Assembly (NCBI RefSeq): GCF_963921235.1
Contig: NC_086117.1
Location: forward strand, 17,980,001 to 18,044,000
Source: Mobula hypostoma
Lineage: Eukaryota
Direction of reading: 5' to 3'
DNA: 64,000 bases
Each line of letters begins with the position of its first letter. Position 1 is the first letter of the stretch. Shown piece by piece: positions 26,097-39,181 of this stretch. Both the position numbers and the translations under genes were made by a program. Below the pieces are notes generated by a model, which searched no databases, was not told the origin of the DNA, and worked only from the letters and a program-made list of their open reading frames with translations.

Positions 26097-27331
26097 AGAC
26101 CATAAGACAAAGGAGCAGAAGTCAGCCATTCAGCCCATCGAGTCTGCTCTGCCATTTTATCATGAGCTGATCCACTCTCCCATTTAGTCCCACTCCCCCG
26201 CCTTCTCACCATAACCTTTGATGCCCTGGCTACTCAGATACCTATCAATTTCTGCCTTAAATACACCCAATGACTTGGCCTCCAGTGCCGCCCATGGCAA
26301 CAAATTCCATAGATTCCCCACCCTCTGGCTAAAAGAATGTCTTCACATTCTGAATGGGCACCCTTCAATCCTTAAGTCATGCCCTCTCGTACTAGACTCC
26401 CCCCACCATGGGAAACAATTTTGCCACATCCACTCTGTCCATGCCTTTCAACATTCGAAATGTTTCTATGAGGTCCCCCCTCATTCTTCTAAACTCCAAG
26501 GAGTACAGTCCAAGAGCAGACAAACGTTCCTCTTATGTTAAGCCTCTTATTCCCGGAATCATTCTAGTGAATCTTCTCTGTACCCTCTCCAATGTCAGCA
26601 CATCCTTTCTTAAATAAGGAGCCCAAAACCACCCACAGTACTCCAAGTGAGGTCTCACCAGCACCTTATAGAGCCTCAACATCACATCCCTGCTCCTATA
26701 CTCTATTCCTCTAGAAATGAAGCCAACATTGCATTTGTCTTCTTTACCACCGACTCAACCTGGAGGTTAACCTTAAGGGTATCCTGTACGAGGACTCCCA
26801 AGTCCCGTTGCATCTCCAAACTTTGAATTCTCTCCCCATTTAAATGATAGTCTGCCCGTTTATTTCTTCTGCCAAAGTGCATAACCATACACTTTCCAAT
26901 ATTGTATTTCATTTGCCACTTCTTTGCCCATTCTCCCAATCTATCCAAGTCTTTCTGCAGACTCTTTGTTTCCTCAGCACTACCAGCCCCTCCACCTATC
27001 TTTGTACCATCAGCAAACTTAGCCACCAAAGCCATCTCTTCCATAATCCAAATTGTTGATGTATAACATGAAAAGAAGCGTCCCCAACACGGACCCCTGT
27101 GGAACACCACTGGTAACCGGCAGCTAACCAGAATAGGATTCCTTTATTCCCACTCTCTATTTCCTGCCAATCAGCCAACGTTCTATCCACGTATGTAACT
27201 TTCTCGTAATTCCATGGGCTCTTATCTTGTTAAGCAGCCTCATGTGTGGCACCTTGTCAAAGGCCTTCTGAAAATCCAAATATGCAACATCCACCGCATT
27301 TCCCTTGTCTAGCCTACTTGTAATTTCCTCT
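26097..27331 (-). mobile_element. CR1-type LINE, RT region to 3' end, frameshifted
   Basis: VDVAYLDFQKAFDKVPH, VAKFADGTKIGG, LQKDLDRLGEWAKKWQMKYNIGKCMVMHFG. Confidence 0.9.
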
Positions 27332-28194
27332 AAGGTCAATGGTAACTCAATACAGTTTCAGTTGTTACAATGACATTGTTTACTGCAATACTTTGGGTTG
27401 ACAATTCTTCATTTGAACTGCATATAATTTTCAAACATGTAAATCTTCACATCAATACTCCAGACACCATTGTCTCTCCAGCTGCATTCATGCATATGCA
27501 GACATCTCAGGTGATCAGCCCCAGTCTGCAGCTCCAAGAAGACCATTGTTCAGAGCTGCATTTTAAATTCGATCTACACTCTACATTCAGATCTGGTTGC
27601 TGTTGAAATTAATATTGGCTATATACCATAACTTCAGATTATGCCCCAACAATACCACCTTGAGATTCATTTTCTTGCAGGCATTTACAGTACAATGGAG
27701 AAATACTCTGGGATAAATTGAGAAGTTCCTATAAAGAGCTCGAATAGATCTTTTGTAGGATTTAGCACAATGAATAAAGCTGCCCAAGAAGAAATGAAGG
27801 ATCAAAGTGTTAGATAGTGTCTATTGACTTAAGAAAATAATCTGATGCATATTTCTAGGATCCAGAATGGAGGATTTACACGTTGACATCCATCTACCAC
27901 AGTTTTACTCAGTCCTTTAGTCAGCTGGTGAACTTCTGTATCTTCTAATTCCAGCTGCAAAATTTAATGTGGCCCTCAATGTCATGTCATGTATTGAATA
28001 TTGTAAAATAACACAACAGCAAATCCATTAAAACAGAAAACTGGACTGTTGAGGGGTGTTCAGAGGACCAGATTCACCTTGAACTGGCTGGATTTTTCAC
28101 ATTTGTCTATAGTGATGCAATTCCATTTTCTATTTGCTAATCGAAAACTTTTATGAATGTATCCTATGATTATATTGTGGTTTAATATTCCCAG

Positions 28195-28386
28195 GCACTC
28201 CTCCCCCAGTGATACACTGGCTACAAAATGGGCTGGATGTGCTGGGTAATGAACCAGGAGTTTCAATACTCGAGGACGGCTCTCTTTTGATTGATTCAGT
28301 TTCGCCCCACAACAGTGGAGATTACATGTGTATTGCAACTAACGAGGCTGGCTCGTCCAAAAGAAAATATCGATTGCAAATCCGAG
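28195..28386 (+). CDS. HMCN2: Hemicentin exon (192 nt, phase 1-1): TPPPVIHWLQNG...EPGVSILEDGSL...SGDYMCIATNEAG...LQIR
   Basis: Acceptor tattcccag, donor gtaaat. Confidence 0.95.
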
Positions 28387-29831
28387 GTAAATGTTTAAGC
28401 TGTAATATTAAACAACATCCTTCACTCAGTGGCCAGTTTAGTAGGTAACTCCTGTACCTAATGTTTGTGATCTTCTGCTGCTGTAGCCTATCCGCTTCAA
28501 GATTCAACGTGTTGTATGTTCAGAGATGCTCTTCTGCACACCACTGCTGTAACACGTGGTTATTTGTGTCGCCTTTCTGTCAGCTTGAACCAATCTGGCT
28601 GTTCTCCCCTGACCTCTCATTAACAAGGCGTTTCACCCACAGAACTATCACTTACTGGATGCTTTTTTGTTTTTTTGTACCACTCCCTGTAAAAAAAAAT
28701 AGAGACTGTTGTGCGTGAAAATCCCGGGAGATCAACAGTTTCTGGGATAGTCAAACCACCCCATCTGGCACCAACAAACATTCCACGGTCAAAGTCACTT
28801 AGATCACATTTCCTCCCTATTCTGATGTTCGGTCTGAGCAACAACTGAGCCTCCTGGCCATGTCTGCGTGCTTTTATGCATTGAGTTGGTGCCACATGAT
28901 TGGCTGATGAGATATTTGCATTAATGAGTAGGTGTACAGGTGTAGCTAATAGACTGTATGACAACCAAAACTATGCTGGATAATTTGAAAGAAAACTAAC
29001 AAGAATGATAGGGATCAGAGCTTGGGTTAATAATTATCAGATAAATAAAGCATACTACATTTAATGTCACATATCACCAATGTGATGTGACAAATACCAC
29101 TCATTATCTTAAGGTGTCAATAGGTACATTTGGATGGTGACAGTCTAATGTTCAGTATTCCACAGTAGCTTGGAGTGTCAAAGCCCTCACTTGGAAGTTA
29201 GTGAATTTGCGAACCCAAAGTTTGTGTGCATGCTAGATCGTTGGGCTGTTAGTGTTGCATTAGAGACGAGTTAAACAGCAGCCTTGGAGACTGTGTTGCT
29301 TTTTTCCCTTGGCACTTAAGGTTGTGGGGAAGGTAGATGAAGTGAGGAGAGAAGATTGCCACTAATTGCTTTGACCATGCATAGAGTCAGTCTTCCATGT
29401 AGTTCCATTAAAAGCCAAAGTCACAAGCCAAATCCTTCCAGCCATATCAAATTTTTCTTGCCAAACTTTTTAATATGGAGTTGTATTTCAGAACTGTGAA
29501 ATGTTCTGTTTAGCACATTTTTGCAATGTGTTAGCTAAATGATGTGTAAATAGAAAGAACACTACACAAGTACAATGTACCATTTTCAGGCGGATGTGAA
29601 TTCACCTCTAAATTTCCCAGTGTCAAAGTCTTGTTAGGTGAAGAGTTCCAGGATTTTCGTGGAAGGAAGTTGAAGTTTTGACAATATATTTTCAAGACAA
29701 TTTGGTGTGAAAATTTGATGGTGGTAGCATTCTCAAGTACCTACCCTTCAAGATAGTAAAGTTTGCAATGTGCTATCATGGAAAGTGTGTGTTAATCATC
29801 CTCTCTTCCTGTATCCCTTCTTTTGTCCCAG

Positions 29832-29962
29832 TTCCCCCCGAGATTCGGAATAACTACCATATACAGAATATCACTGCACTGATTAATCAACCGTCGACTT
29901 TGGAGTGTGATACCACTGGCACCCCACCTCCCACTATCAGTTGGTACAAGAACGAGCGACCG
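29832..29962 (+). CDS. HMCN2: Hemicentin exon (131 nt, phase 1-0): VPPEIRNN...TLECDTTGTPPPTISWYKNERP
   Basis: Acceptor ttttgtcccag, donor gtgggt. Confidence 0.93.
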
Positions 29963-31928
29963 GTGGGTGCGATATTCCTTTCTTGTGCAGCCTGAGTGGG
30001 AGGACAAATACAGAAACTGATGTTGCTTGCTTTCTGCAATTTCACACCAGAACTTCATGAGAGGCTTCATCCCTGGTCTTAGTCATTGTATAACACGCAA
30101 AATGTTGGAGGAACCCAGCAGGTCCGGCAGCACCTGCGGAAGGAAATTTGCATTCGACGTTCCGGGCCAACACCCATCATTAGGACATGTTCTCGGCCTG
30201 AAACCTTGAATGTTCATTTCTGCCCATAGATGCTGCCTGACCTGCTGAGTTCCTCCAGAATTTTTTTTTGTATGTTTGCTCAAGATTTCCAGCATCTACA
30301 GAATCTCTTGTGTCTGGTCATTGTAAAATGTGGAGGTCATCCTGGATGTTAGATTTCAGCATCTCTTCCACCATCTACTTATTCAACATCTTACCGATAG
30401 CCTAATTGGTTGAGGGAGCGTCCAAAAGGTAAAATTACGGCAGACCCATAGATATATTTAAAGGGAAGCCAAAGCTATGAGGAGAGGGAACAGAAAGGTG
30501 GTTGACTGAAAAGATGCTGGAGTGGACTCCGATTGAGCCTGGGTACTAGCATTTGTCATTTGGGCCAAAGAGCTTGTTTCTATGCTGCTAATTCATTGAC
30601 CAAAGTAACATTTGTTTCTTGTGGGTGTATCTGAATGCATATCTGGGCAAATTCATTGAAAAAGTTGGTATTTAAAGATGAGTTAATTGTTTTAAGTCCC
30701 TATTATATAACTGCTACGAGCATCAAGAAAAATGGTGAGTTAGGTCACACCAATGTGTATGTCACCTTCTTCAAACGGACCTAAATTTTAGCATACACCT
30801 TGGGTTTACAGTACACTGTATTATTCCTCCATAGAAAGAACTGGTGTATAAAATAACAAAAATAAAATGAACTCAAGTTTTAAAATCCTATTTTTCCCAT
30901 TATTAGTGCACTGTGCATTGTTTTACAATCTCATTGTCTCAAGTAAAGTTCGGTAAAATATGAAAAATAATACACAAATATTGACAGTAAAAAGCAGTGC
31001 TTTGAAAACAAGGGTGGTACAGTCATGTAGCAGTTAGCGTAATGCTTTATAGTGCCAGAGATTGCAAGATTGGAATTCAAGTTCTGCCACTGGCTGGAAG
31101 GAGTTTGCAGGTCCTCCCCGTGACCACTGGGTTTCTTCCAGGTGCTCTGGTTCCCTCTCACGTTCCAAAAGGTGCACAGATTAGGGTTAGTAAATTGTGG
31201 GCACTGGAAGTTTGACACTTGCGGGCTGCTGCCCCCAGCACATCCCTCGGACTGTGTTGATTATTGATGCAGACAACACATTTCGCCGTATGTTTCAATG
31301 TACACGTGACAAATAAAGCCAATCTTTAATCTTTGAATTTTGCCAACTCCAGTTCTATGGGATATCCACAGTGATGTACAAGACAGCCTTGTCCCTTTAG
31401 CCCTTACAATAGCTACTAGAAAGCAGACTTACATAAATTATTTTTACGGTGATTCTGACCCAGTCAATGTTGATCTGTTTCAAAACTTCCATTATTTTCA
31501 TGTCAGTATAATTGCAAGGTCTGTTGAGGTGCAGATAGCACATTAACACATGCATTAGGCCCCAGAAGACAGAGATTTTCAATTGAATTTATTTATTGAT
31601 TGGGACATAGTGCAGGATAGGCTGTTATGACCCTTCGAGCCACGTACCCAGCAATCCCCAGTTGAACCCAAGTCTAGTCTTTGGACTGTGGGAGGAAATT
31701 GGAGAACCTGGAGGAAACCCACACAGTCATAGGAGAATGTACAAACTCCTTGCAGACCTGGGTCACCTGTACTGTAAAGCACCGTGCTAACTTCTGTGCT
31801 ACAGTGCTGCCCTCACATTGAAACCAATGAGCTGGAGCCTTGGGAATGAACTGACATCTCTGAATGTGGGTTCCATCCTCAGCACAGTCGTGAATCAGCT
31901 GCCTTTGTCCTTGCTTTTCTTCCTGAAG

Positions 31929-32076
31929 GTTGCAGGAACCAGCAGAGTCCGACTCCTGAACGGCGGCCGCATGCTGCGACTCCCGAAAGCCCGCAAAGAG
32001 GATGCTGGAATGTACTCTTGCAAGGCCGTCAATGTCGCTGGCACCGCTGATAAACATTTCAATGTAGTGGTGCAGG
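31929..32076 (+). CDS. HMCN2: Hemicentin exon (148 nt, phase 0-1): VAGTSRVRLLNGGRMLRL...DAGMYSCKAVNVAG...VVVQ
   Basis: Acceptor ttcctgaag, donor gtaagg. Confidence 0.93.
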
Positions 32077-32496
32077 GTAAGGATCAGCCGCAGAAGAGCC
32101 TCCTCACCGTCTCTCCGTCTCCCCCAACAACATTAATTGAAATGATGATTCAGCCCAACTGTTGCTTTCTGGGACTCCCCAACACTGCAAGCAGCCTTTT
32201 TTCCTACTGAGGTTGGGCGAGACTAGAACTGAAGGTCATAGGTTAAGGGCGAAAGGTGAAATATTTAAGTAGAACCTCAGGGTGAAGTTTCTTCTCTCAG
32301 AGGGTGGCGTGAGTGTGGAATGAGCTGCCAGTGAAAGTGGTGCACGAGGGTTCGATTGCAACATTTAAGAGACGCTCTAGATCCTTTTTCAGAAGTTTGG
32401 ACATTAGGTAGAGTCCTTGGACCTTCCCAGCTTATAAGAACGTTTTTAAGATACTCATTGCCAGCTGATCCTTTCGGTCTCCTGCTCTTTGTTTAG

Positions 32497-32623
32497 TGCC
32501 TCCCATGATCTTCCGGTCTGGAATTACTCAGGAACTGGCTGTTTTGGTGAACGCTGAGTTGGAGCTCAAATGCCGCACCAATGGAATTCCTTTCCCGCTC
32601 ATTCGATGGAGTAAGGATGGCCA
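32497..32623 (+). CDS. HMCN2: Hemicentin exon (127 nt, phase 1-2): VPPMIFRSGITQELAVLVNAELELKCRTNGIPFPLIRWSKDGQ
   Basis: Acceptor ctttgtttag, donor gtgagt; absent from ORF track. Confidence 0.92.
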
Positions 32624-33064
32624 GTGAGTATCCTGATCCTCCTCATCTTCCTCTAACACACTTGTCTGGGTTTTTCTCCTGTGGACCCGGCTTCATCTGA
32701 GGTATGGAGCAGATTCTTGACACCTTCAGAAATGCAACTACGCCGCGCAAGCCCCGAAGATGAGACCACACGCTTAAACAAAATTACAGAGAATATCCCA
32801 CTGTGTGTGTTAACGAAAAATAATGTGTCATAGGAATAGAATATCCTTTAATATAAAGACTCTTCAATGGCCTGAGGATGCTAACACCACTCAATTTGTT
32901 AAAGTGAACGATCCTGTATTATAGGAATAGACAACGTACATATTGTATATTATGGAGAAAAGAGATTACAAAGAGTTGGACAGACGATTTATAAATATTT
33001 TTAATTTTTAAAATTGCAGAGAAAGAATGCTGTTTAATGGAATTGTTATATTTTTGGTTATTAG

Positions 33065-33219
33065 GGGCTTGTCTCAGGACACCGGTCACGTGGAGTTGAC
33101 AGAAGAGGGGCAGATACTACGGATTCGGTCAGCTCAGCTAATGGACCAGGGCCTCTATCAGTGTACTGCCCATAATTCAGCTGGGCAGCAGAGCAAGCAC
33201 TTCAAAGTTGACGTCCATG
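33065..33219 (+). CDS. HMCN2: Hemicentin exon (155 nt, phase 2-1): GLSQDTGHVELTEEGQILRI...DQGLYQCTAHNSAG...VDVH
   Basis: Acceptor ggttattag, donor gtatgg. Confidence 0.92.
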
Positions 33220-36200
33220 GTATGGAATTACACCTCTGCTCTGACTGACACTGTTTTTTAAGGTAGTTTCCATTCCCCAAGGTTGCTTGCATTCAGCCTA
33301 TCTATCAGCCAAGACCCACATGAAGCCGAAGTAGTGAAGCAGCATTTTTACCAGCAGTGGCTTGGGAGAATCTTTGTGCAGGTCATGGTAACAGAGCAAA
33401 AGCTCAGAAATCATCGTTTCATGTTCGCATTCGTAGACTTTGAATTCCGCAGCACTCTGTCTTGTAATGTAGATTAGAGCCTGGCTTGTTTGCTTTTGAT
33501 GGGCCTTGATGTGCAGTGATCTGAGAGGACAGATCTACATGCGAATGTCCTCTAGAAAGAGAAAGAAAGAGTGAGAGAATGACAGAGAAGGAATTACAGG
33601 GACTGGAAAGAATGAGGAGAGATCCAGATAACAGAAGGCGGGAGGAGATAGAGCGTGAGACATTACTTATTGCCCATTACACCACTGGCACTTAGGGCAG
33701 CACTGAAGGTCTTCCAACGTCATTGCTGTTTCCATAACAATATTTTATTTTAGACCAGTCAGGGATGTTGGCCTTGAGCTGAACCCCTGAACCTGGAGGG
33801 CCGGCGGATGACTCTCAGTCTGGCCTCTACCCTTTGACCTCTTTGGCAAGGGTGACCCTACCAAGAATCAAAGCTCAAGGCCCTGACTCCAGCTAACGTG
33901 GCTCTCCGGGTCATGGAGGCATGCAAGCCTCCGAACCCCACGACAAGGTTGAGGTCCTCCGGGAGGAATGTGCGACACAGCAGGGATTAAAAAGTAGTTA
34001 TTAGACTGAGGTAGAGAGAAAAGAAAGGAGGCTCCCAAAAGAAGGGAATTACAAAAAGACCGAAGAAAAGGGAATATTATGACTGAGTGGAAGAGTAGGA
34101 AAAGATAGTGGAGAAGGGGGAGAGAGATGGAAGGAGTGAGAGAAAGAACAAACAACACAAAGGGAAGGAGTGACACAGTGAAGAGAAATGACAAGTGTAA
34201 GAAAAGCGGTTGCAAGATGTTAAAGTCAAAGTTCTGTTCATTGTCATGTGCACAAGTTATATTTACTGTATGGTAGCGAGGTTACGTGGGGCGGCTATCA
34301 CTAGATGCTCTAAGAAAAGTGGTAGACGTCTTCCTTATGTCACAACATCACTGATAAACATAGCCTCACCAAACACTGCTGTTACACTTCCCCAGTATGT
34401 CCATAACAGAACTTGTGGTGAAACATGTATTTTTGTCCTTGTGAACGTGAAAAGAAAACATATGGAGCTGAAATAGTGGAAAGAATGGAGACTGCTGAAA
34501 ACCCCTTATCTCAGGCAAGACTGGGATCTGCTGTTCTGTCGTGCTGATGTACCAGAGTTGAGATTGAATTAGTGTTGAAGTTGATGTTATGATTTGAGGT
34601 CCGTGGGGAAATGACTGGAGGAGACAGCCAGCCAATGCAGATTACTGAGACATTACGCAGCAGGCAGCTTTGTGTGGGCTGGATTTGGACAATGACCTGA
34701 TCACTTGCTGTTGTTGAGTAGGAGTATCCAGACAGACTTGTGGGATGGAAGATTAACTTCCAAACATTGTTCCTTGGTCTTAACTCTGGGTTAAATCCAA
34801 CCTCATTTTTGAAATTCTTCCTCCTCTTCCACTTGGCCTGACAGCTGTGTAGACTGAGGGTCCAGATTGCGGTCTATTCCAAAGCCTTCAGGGCACTCTG
34901 AACCTGTTCATTAAGAGATACTTTGACCATTTTCTTGGCCCTTCGCTCAAAAGGGAAAGAGGAGCCATCACTGGACTTTGATTGGTAATGTAGGGAAACT
35001 GTAGGTAAAACTTCCCATTCCAGCCAGGGCGGTTGATAGAGGAAGAACAGTGGAGGAGACATCTAAACTGAAGTTAAAAGTTTCTCTATTCATTCTATAA
35101 ATAGAATGGGAGCTAGAGAGAGAGCGTCTTAGCCACCCACTCTGTCCACCATTAAACTGAAGGTGAAGTTAAATATTCCCATGCAAGCAGAATCAAATAT
35201 CGCTGTGATGATTGTACGTTCTAGTGTCAATTGTTTGGCGACAATGAAGTATAAAGTTCATACTGCCCTTTGCTTAAATGGTACATATTGTTCAGAGATT
35301 ATCTCAGCCAGGACAGAAGGTGTTGTAACTGGCATTTCTATTCTTGGATTGCAAAGTCTTTACATCACCCTGGCTGTCTGCTCTGAGTTGCTTTCCAAAG
35401 GTCTCTGCTTAAAAATCTCCACTGGTGATCATTGGCAAAATAAGCTAGATGCATATCCAGTGTTACAGTTATAAAGTCACACTGCATATGCCAATTGGCC
35501 CAACTCTCCCATGCTAAGCCAGTCCCATTTGGTCTGTCTGACCCATATCCCTCTCAGTTTTTCTTATTCATGTACCTGCCCAAATGTCATACAAATGTTG
35601 TTATTGGAACTGCCTTAACCACTTCCTCTGGCAGCTCCTTCCATATACACACCACTCAATGTTTGAAAAAGCTTCAGATTCCTAATTTCAACTCCCACCC
35701 GAAATCTTCACCCTTTTGTTCTTGATTCCCCAACTTGAGGAAAAAGCGTGTGTGCATTCACCCTCTCTCTGCCCCTCATGAGCTTATAAACCTCCATAAG
35801 ATCACACCTCAGTCTGCCACATCCAATGAATAAAGCGTTGTCCTGCCCAACTGCTCTCTGAAACCCAGTTCCTCAAGTTATGGCAACGCGCTCATAATTG
35901 TTTTCTGCACTTAATGGCGTATTTCTCATCGTCATCCTGATGGCTTCTCTATTGTGGCAGTCCCAGCAAAATCCATTTCCGGTTATACTGTAAGTATTGG
36001 TGTTGGTTTATTATTGTCACCTGTACCGTGATACTGTGAAAAGCTTGTCTTGCACAGAGATCAAATCATTGCACAGTGGATTGAGCTAGAGTAACTGGGA
36101 CAGTATTAAAGTAGATCCAAAATATAAACTGTCTAAATATTTAATGTCCAGCATTTGCCTTAAGTGCTAAGAAATGATCCTATACTCCGTGAGGGAGCTG

Positions 36201-37153
36201 CTGCAATTGCACGGAATCTCAGGGTCTGCCGCGTGCAACAAGCAGCTGGCATTCTGCGCAACAGCTGCGGTGCAGATGGGTAGCACTTAGCCAGAACTTG
36301 GGATAACGTCACCTTCCATTAGGCAGACAGAAAGTCCATGCTTCTGGTCAGACCCGCTGAAAAGATATTGATCTAAAAGGTTAACTGTTTCACTCTCTGC
36401 AGCCCGACCTGCGTGCTCTGTTTTCCTCAGAGTTCCAAAGTTTGTTGTGGCCTTCACTAATTCCTTAAGACAGGCAAGCAGCAAGGAGCCTTTCCCTACC
36501 TCAGGACAAGACAAATCATATTCCATAAACCCTGCGTTGTACCCCAATATGCGTACTGGCCAGTGGAACAGTCAGATTCCTTCAGAGAAAAATCCTTCCA
36601 TTCTTTTACAAATTTTATTTACCCTCTATATCTAAAATTATACTTACATCAGAGAAAATTCTTCTTGTTTTGCCATTTCAAGGAAGCAGCCTTAGTAATG
36701 GGCTTGTTCATGGACGAGTGACACAAATTCTCTTTATCTGTTTCAAAACTTTGTTTACCAGGACAGAACAGAGCCAGCATTAAAATATTTATTTAGATGT
36801 GCGTGGACTAACCCCCTCCTCCCCTCCACTGCAGCACATCTCCTGGTCTGCCCAATCTGTGGCACTGTTCACGAACTAGCCCGTCGGTGAGGCACTGGTG
36901 AAATTCTCAGGCCTGACCGCTCCAATAATATAAAATGCTGCACCAGCTGGACAAATATATTAGCACCAGCTCAAACCACCAAACCAATCACCACTTGTCA
37001 CCACACTTCACGAGTCCCGTCCCTGTGGTCAAGTAGCTTCCATGTTCTCATGATTGTGCAGTGTTCTCACGGTTGGAATGTGTTCCCACAGTTACTTTGA
37101 AGCTTCCGCAGCAGGTCACATACGCCCAAGGCCACATTGGTGAAGACATTCTA

Positions 37154-37159
37154 CACACA

Positions 37160-37191
<32 letters not shown>
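37154..37191. repeat. (CA)n microsatellite (others at ~5842-5876 and ~58134-58185)
   Basis: Directly visible dinucleotide runs. Confidence 0.95.
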
Positions 37192-37193
<2 letters not shown>

Positions 37194-37931
37194 GATGAAT
37201 CCCTTACCATACAGCTAAATGTTCAACAATGAACTGTGGTAGTCTCGATAGAAAAAAGCATACCGGGTGTACAGTTGATAAGAAAATAGCAAACCTCTGT
37301 TGGATCTCCGTTTATGTTCTGATCCTTGGGGTACTTCCTGGAGTCAGGAATGATGAGCCGTTTAATTCCAAGATTACAGTTTATTTTAGAGTACAAACAA
37401 ACATACAAATACTAAGCTAACTAAGTAAAGAGCCGAGAAATGATGCTAAGGGGTGTATGATGTGAAGACAAAGGAATAAGGAAGAAGCCAAGATGGAACC
37501 TCTGAAAAATCTATCACTTTTATAAGATAAGGAAAACTCCTTAGATAGGAATAAAGTCGTTAATAGGCTGCATAATTAAAGCAATTACATCACATGTGCA
37601 ATGTGCTAATAACTAGCCAATGAAAAATGAGAAGGATGATAAACCGTTAGTTTAGCTGCTATACCGCTTTCTGCCAGTGAGTGTGAAAAATACATGAATT
37701 TGTTAAAAAACTACAAATCTTATAAAAAGTATTATTTAAAACAAAAACAGTAGTTTCCAACAGTGTATTTTGGCATAAGTTTAATAGATAGTGTGGCATT
37801 GCATCTGCATGCTTGTTTGTAAACCATTATCCCTGTTCTCAGTTTGAAGTTTTTCTGTGGAGCTGGGCATTGTAACAGTGATTATGGTGTCATGAGGTGC
37901 CACATAAAAGGAATTTGTTCTTTTCTTCCAG

Positions 37932-38210
37932 TTCCTCCAACAATCCGAGGAGCCAATGCTACCAAAGAGGTGAATGTTCACCTGAACAGCCGCATCAGTC
38001 TGGAGTGCGATTCTCACGGTGTTCCAGCTCCTGGGATAACATGGCTGAAGGATAATCGTCCCATTGTATCCAGCCCCAAAATGACATATGTGGAGAGGGG
38101 TCGGCTGCTGCAGGTTAACAAGGCTCAGGCATCTGATGCAGGATGGTATACATGTCGGGCCAGGAACATTGCAGGGAACGTCAAGAAGTTATACAAAGTG
38201 CAGGTTTACC
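37932..38210 (+). CDS. HMCN2: Hemicentin exon (279 nt, phase 1-1), whole Ig domain VPPTIRGANAT...DAGWYTCRARNIAG...VQVY
   Basis: Acceptor ttttcttccag, donor gtaagt. Confidence 0.95.
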
Positions 38211-38995
38211 GTAAGTTCGTTGACCTCAAGTCCTCCACTGGCATTGATAGGAATGTAGGTATTGGAGTCTTCATTCCAATTGTACAGTCTCACTTAGTAC
38301 AAGTCCAGATTGCAGAATTGGGCAGAGAGTTAAGCCAATGTGAGTTAGGAATGATCTATGACCGTGTTTTCAGGACTTGAGGGACTGGGTGAGGAGAGGT
38401 TGATTGAAAAATTAAGCAGAATATTATTGAAATACTCAGTCGGTCAGGCAGCAGCTGTGGAGAAAAAATAGTTCATCTTTCTGGATGGAAGATTTGTAAA
38501 GTTAGCTCTTCTCTCTGCACAGATGTTGCCTGACCTGATGGTTATTTATCAGAATCAGGTTTAATATCACTGGCATATCTTGTGAAATGTGTCGACTTTG
38601 CGACAGCAGTACAATAGATAATAATTGAGAAAAAAATATGAATTACAGTAAGTATATAAATAGTTAAATTAAATAAGGAGTGCAAAAATAGAAATAAAAA
38701 AGTAGTGAGGTAGTATTCATAGGTTCAATGTCCATTTAGAAATCAGATGGCAGAGGGGAAGAAGCTGTTCCTGAATCACTGGATGTGTGCCTTCAGGCTT
38801 CTGTATCTGACGGTAGCAGTGAGAACAGGGTACTTTTCTGGTTTTTCTTTAAGATTTCTGATGTGTCAATACTTTGCTCTTGATTTTAGCCTGTTGGGAA
38901 GAGCAAACCTTCTCCAAGTTTATGCTTTCATATCTTGATCCCTCGAAAATGAATCTAAAGCTTATCACTCAATGAGTTTCCCTTTGCTGTTTGCT

Positions 38996-39181
38996 NNNNN
39001 NNNNNNNNNNNNNNNNNNNNNNNNNNNNNNNNNNNNNNNNNNNNNNNNNNNNNNNNNNNNNNNNNNNNNNNNNNNNNNNNNNNNNNNNNNNNNNNNNNNN
39101 NNNNNNNNNNNNNNNNNNNNNNNNNNNNNNNNNNNNNNNNNNNNNNNNNNNNNNNNNNNNNNNNNNNNNNNNNNNNNNNNN
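38996..39181. other. Assembly gap (186 N)
   Basis: Run of N. Confidence 1.

Larger units (their letters stand above)
25169..27651. mobile_element. Solo-LTR-like element expanded by nested hAT MITEs and a CR1
   Basis: TGTTG...CAACA termini; 4-bp TSD atac; splits a repeat that rejoins as tgtcaccatatac|caccttgagattcattttcttgc. Confidence 0.65.
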
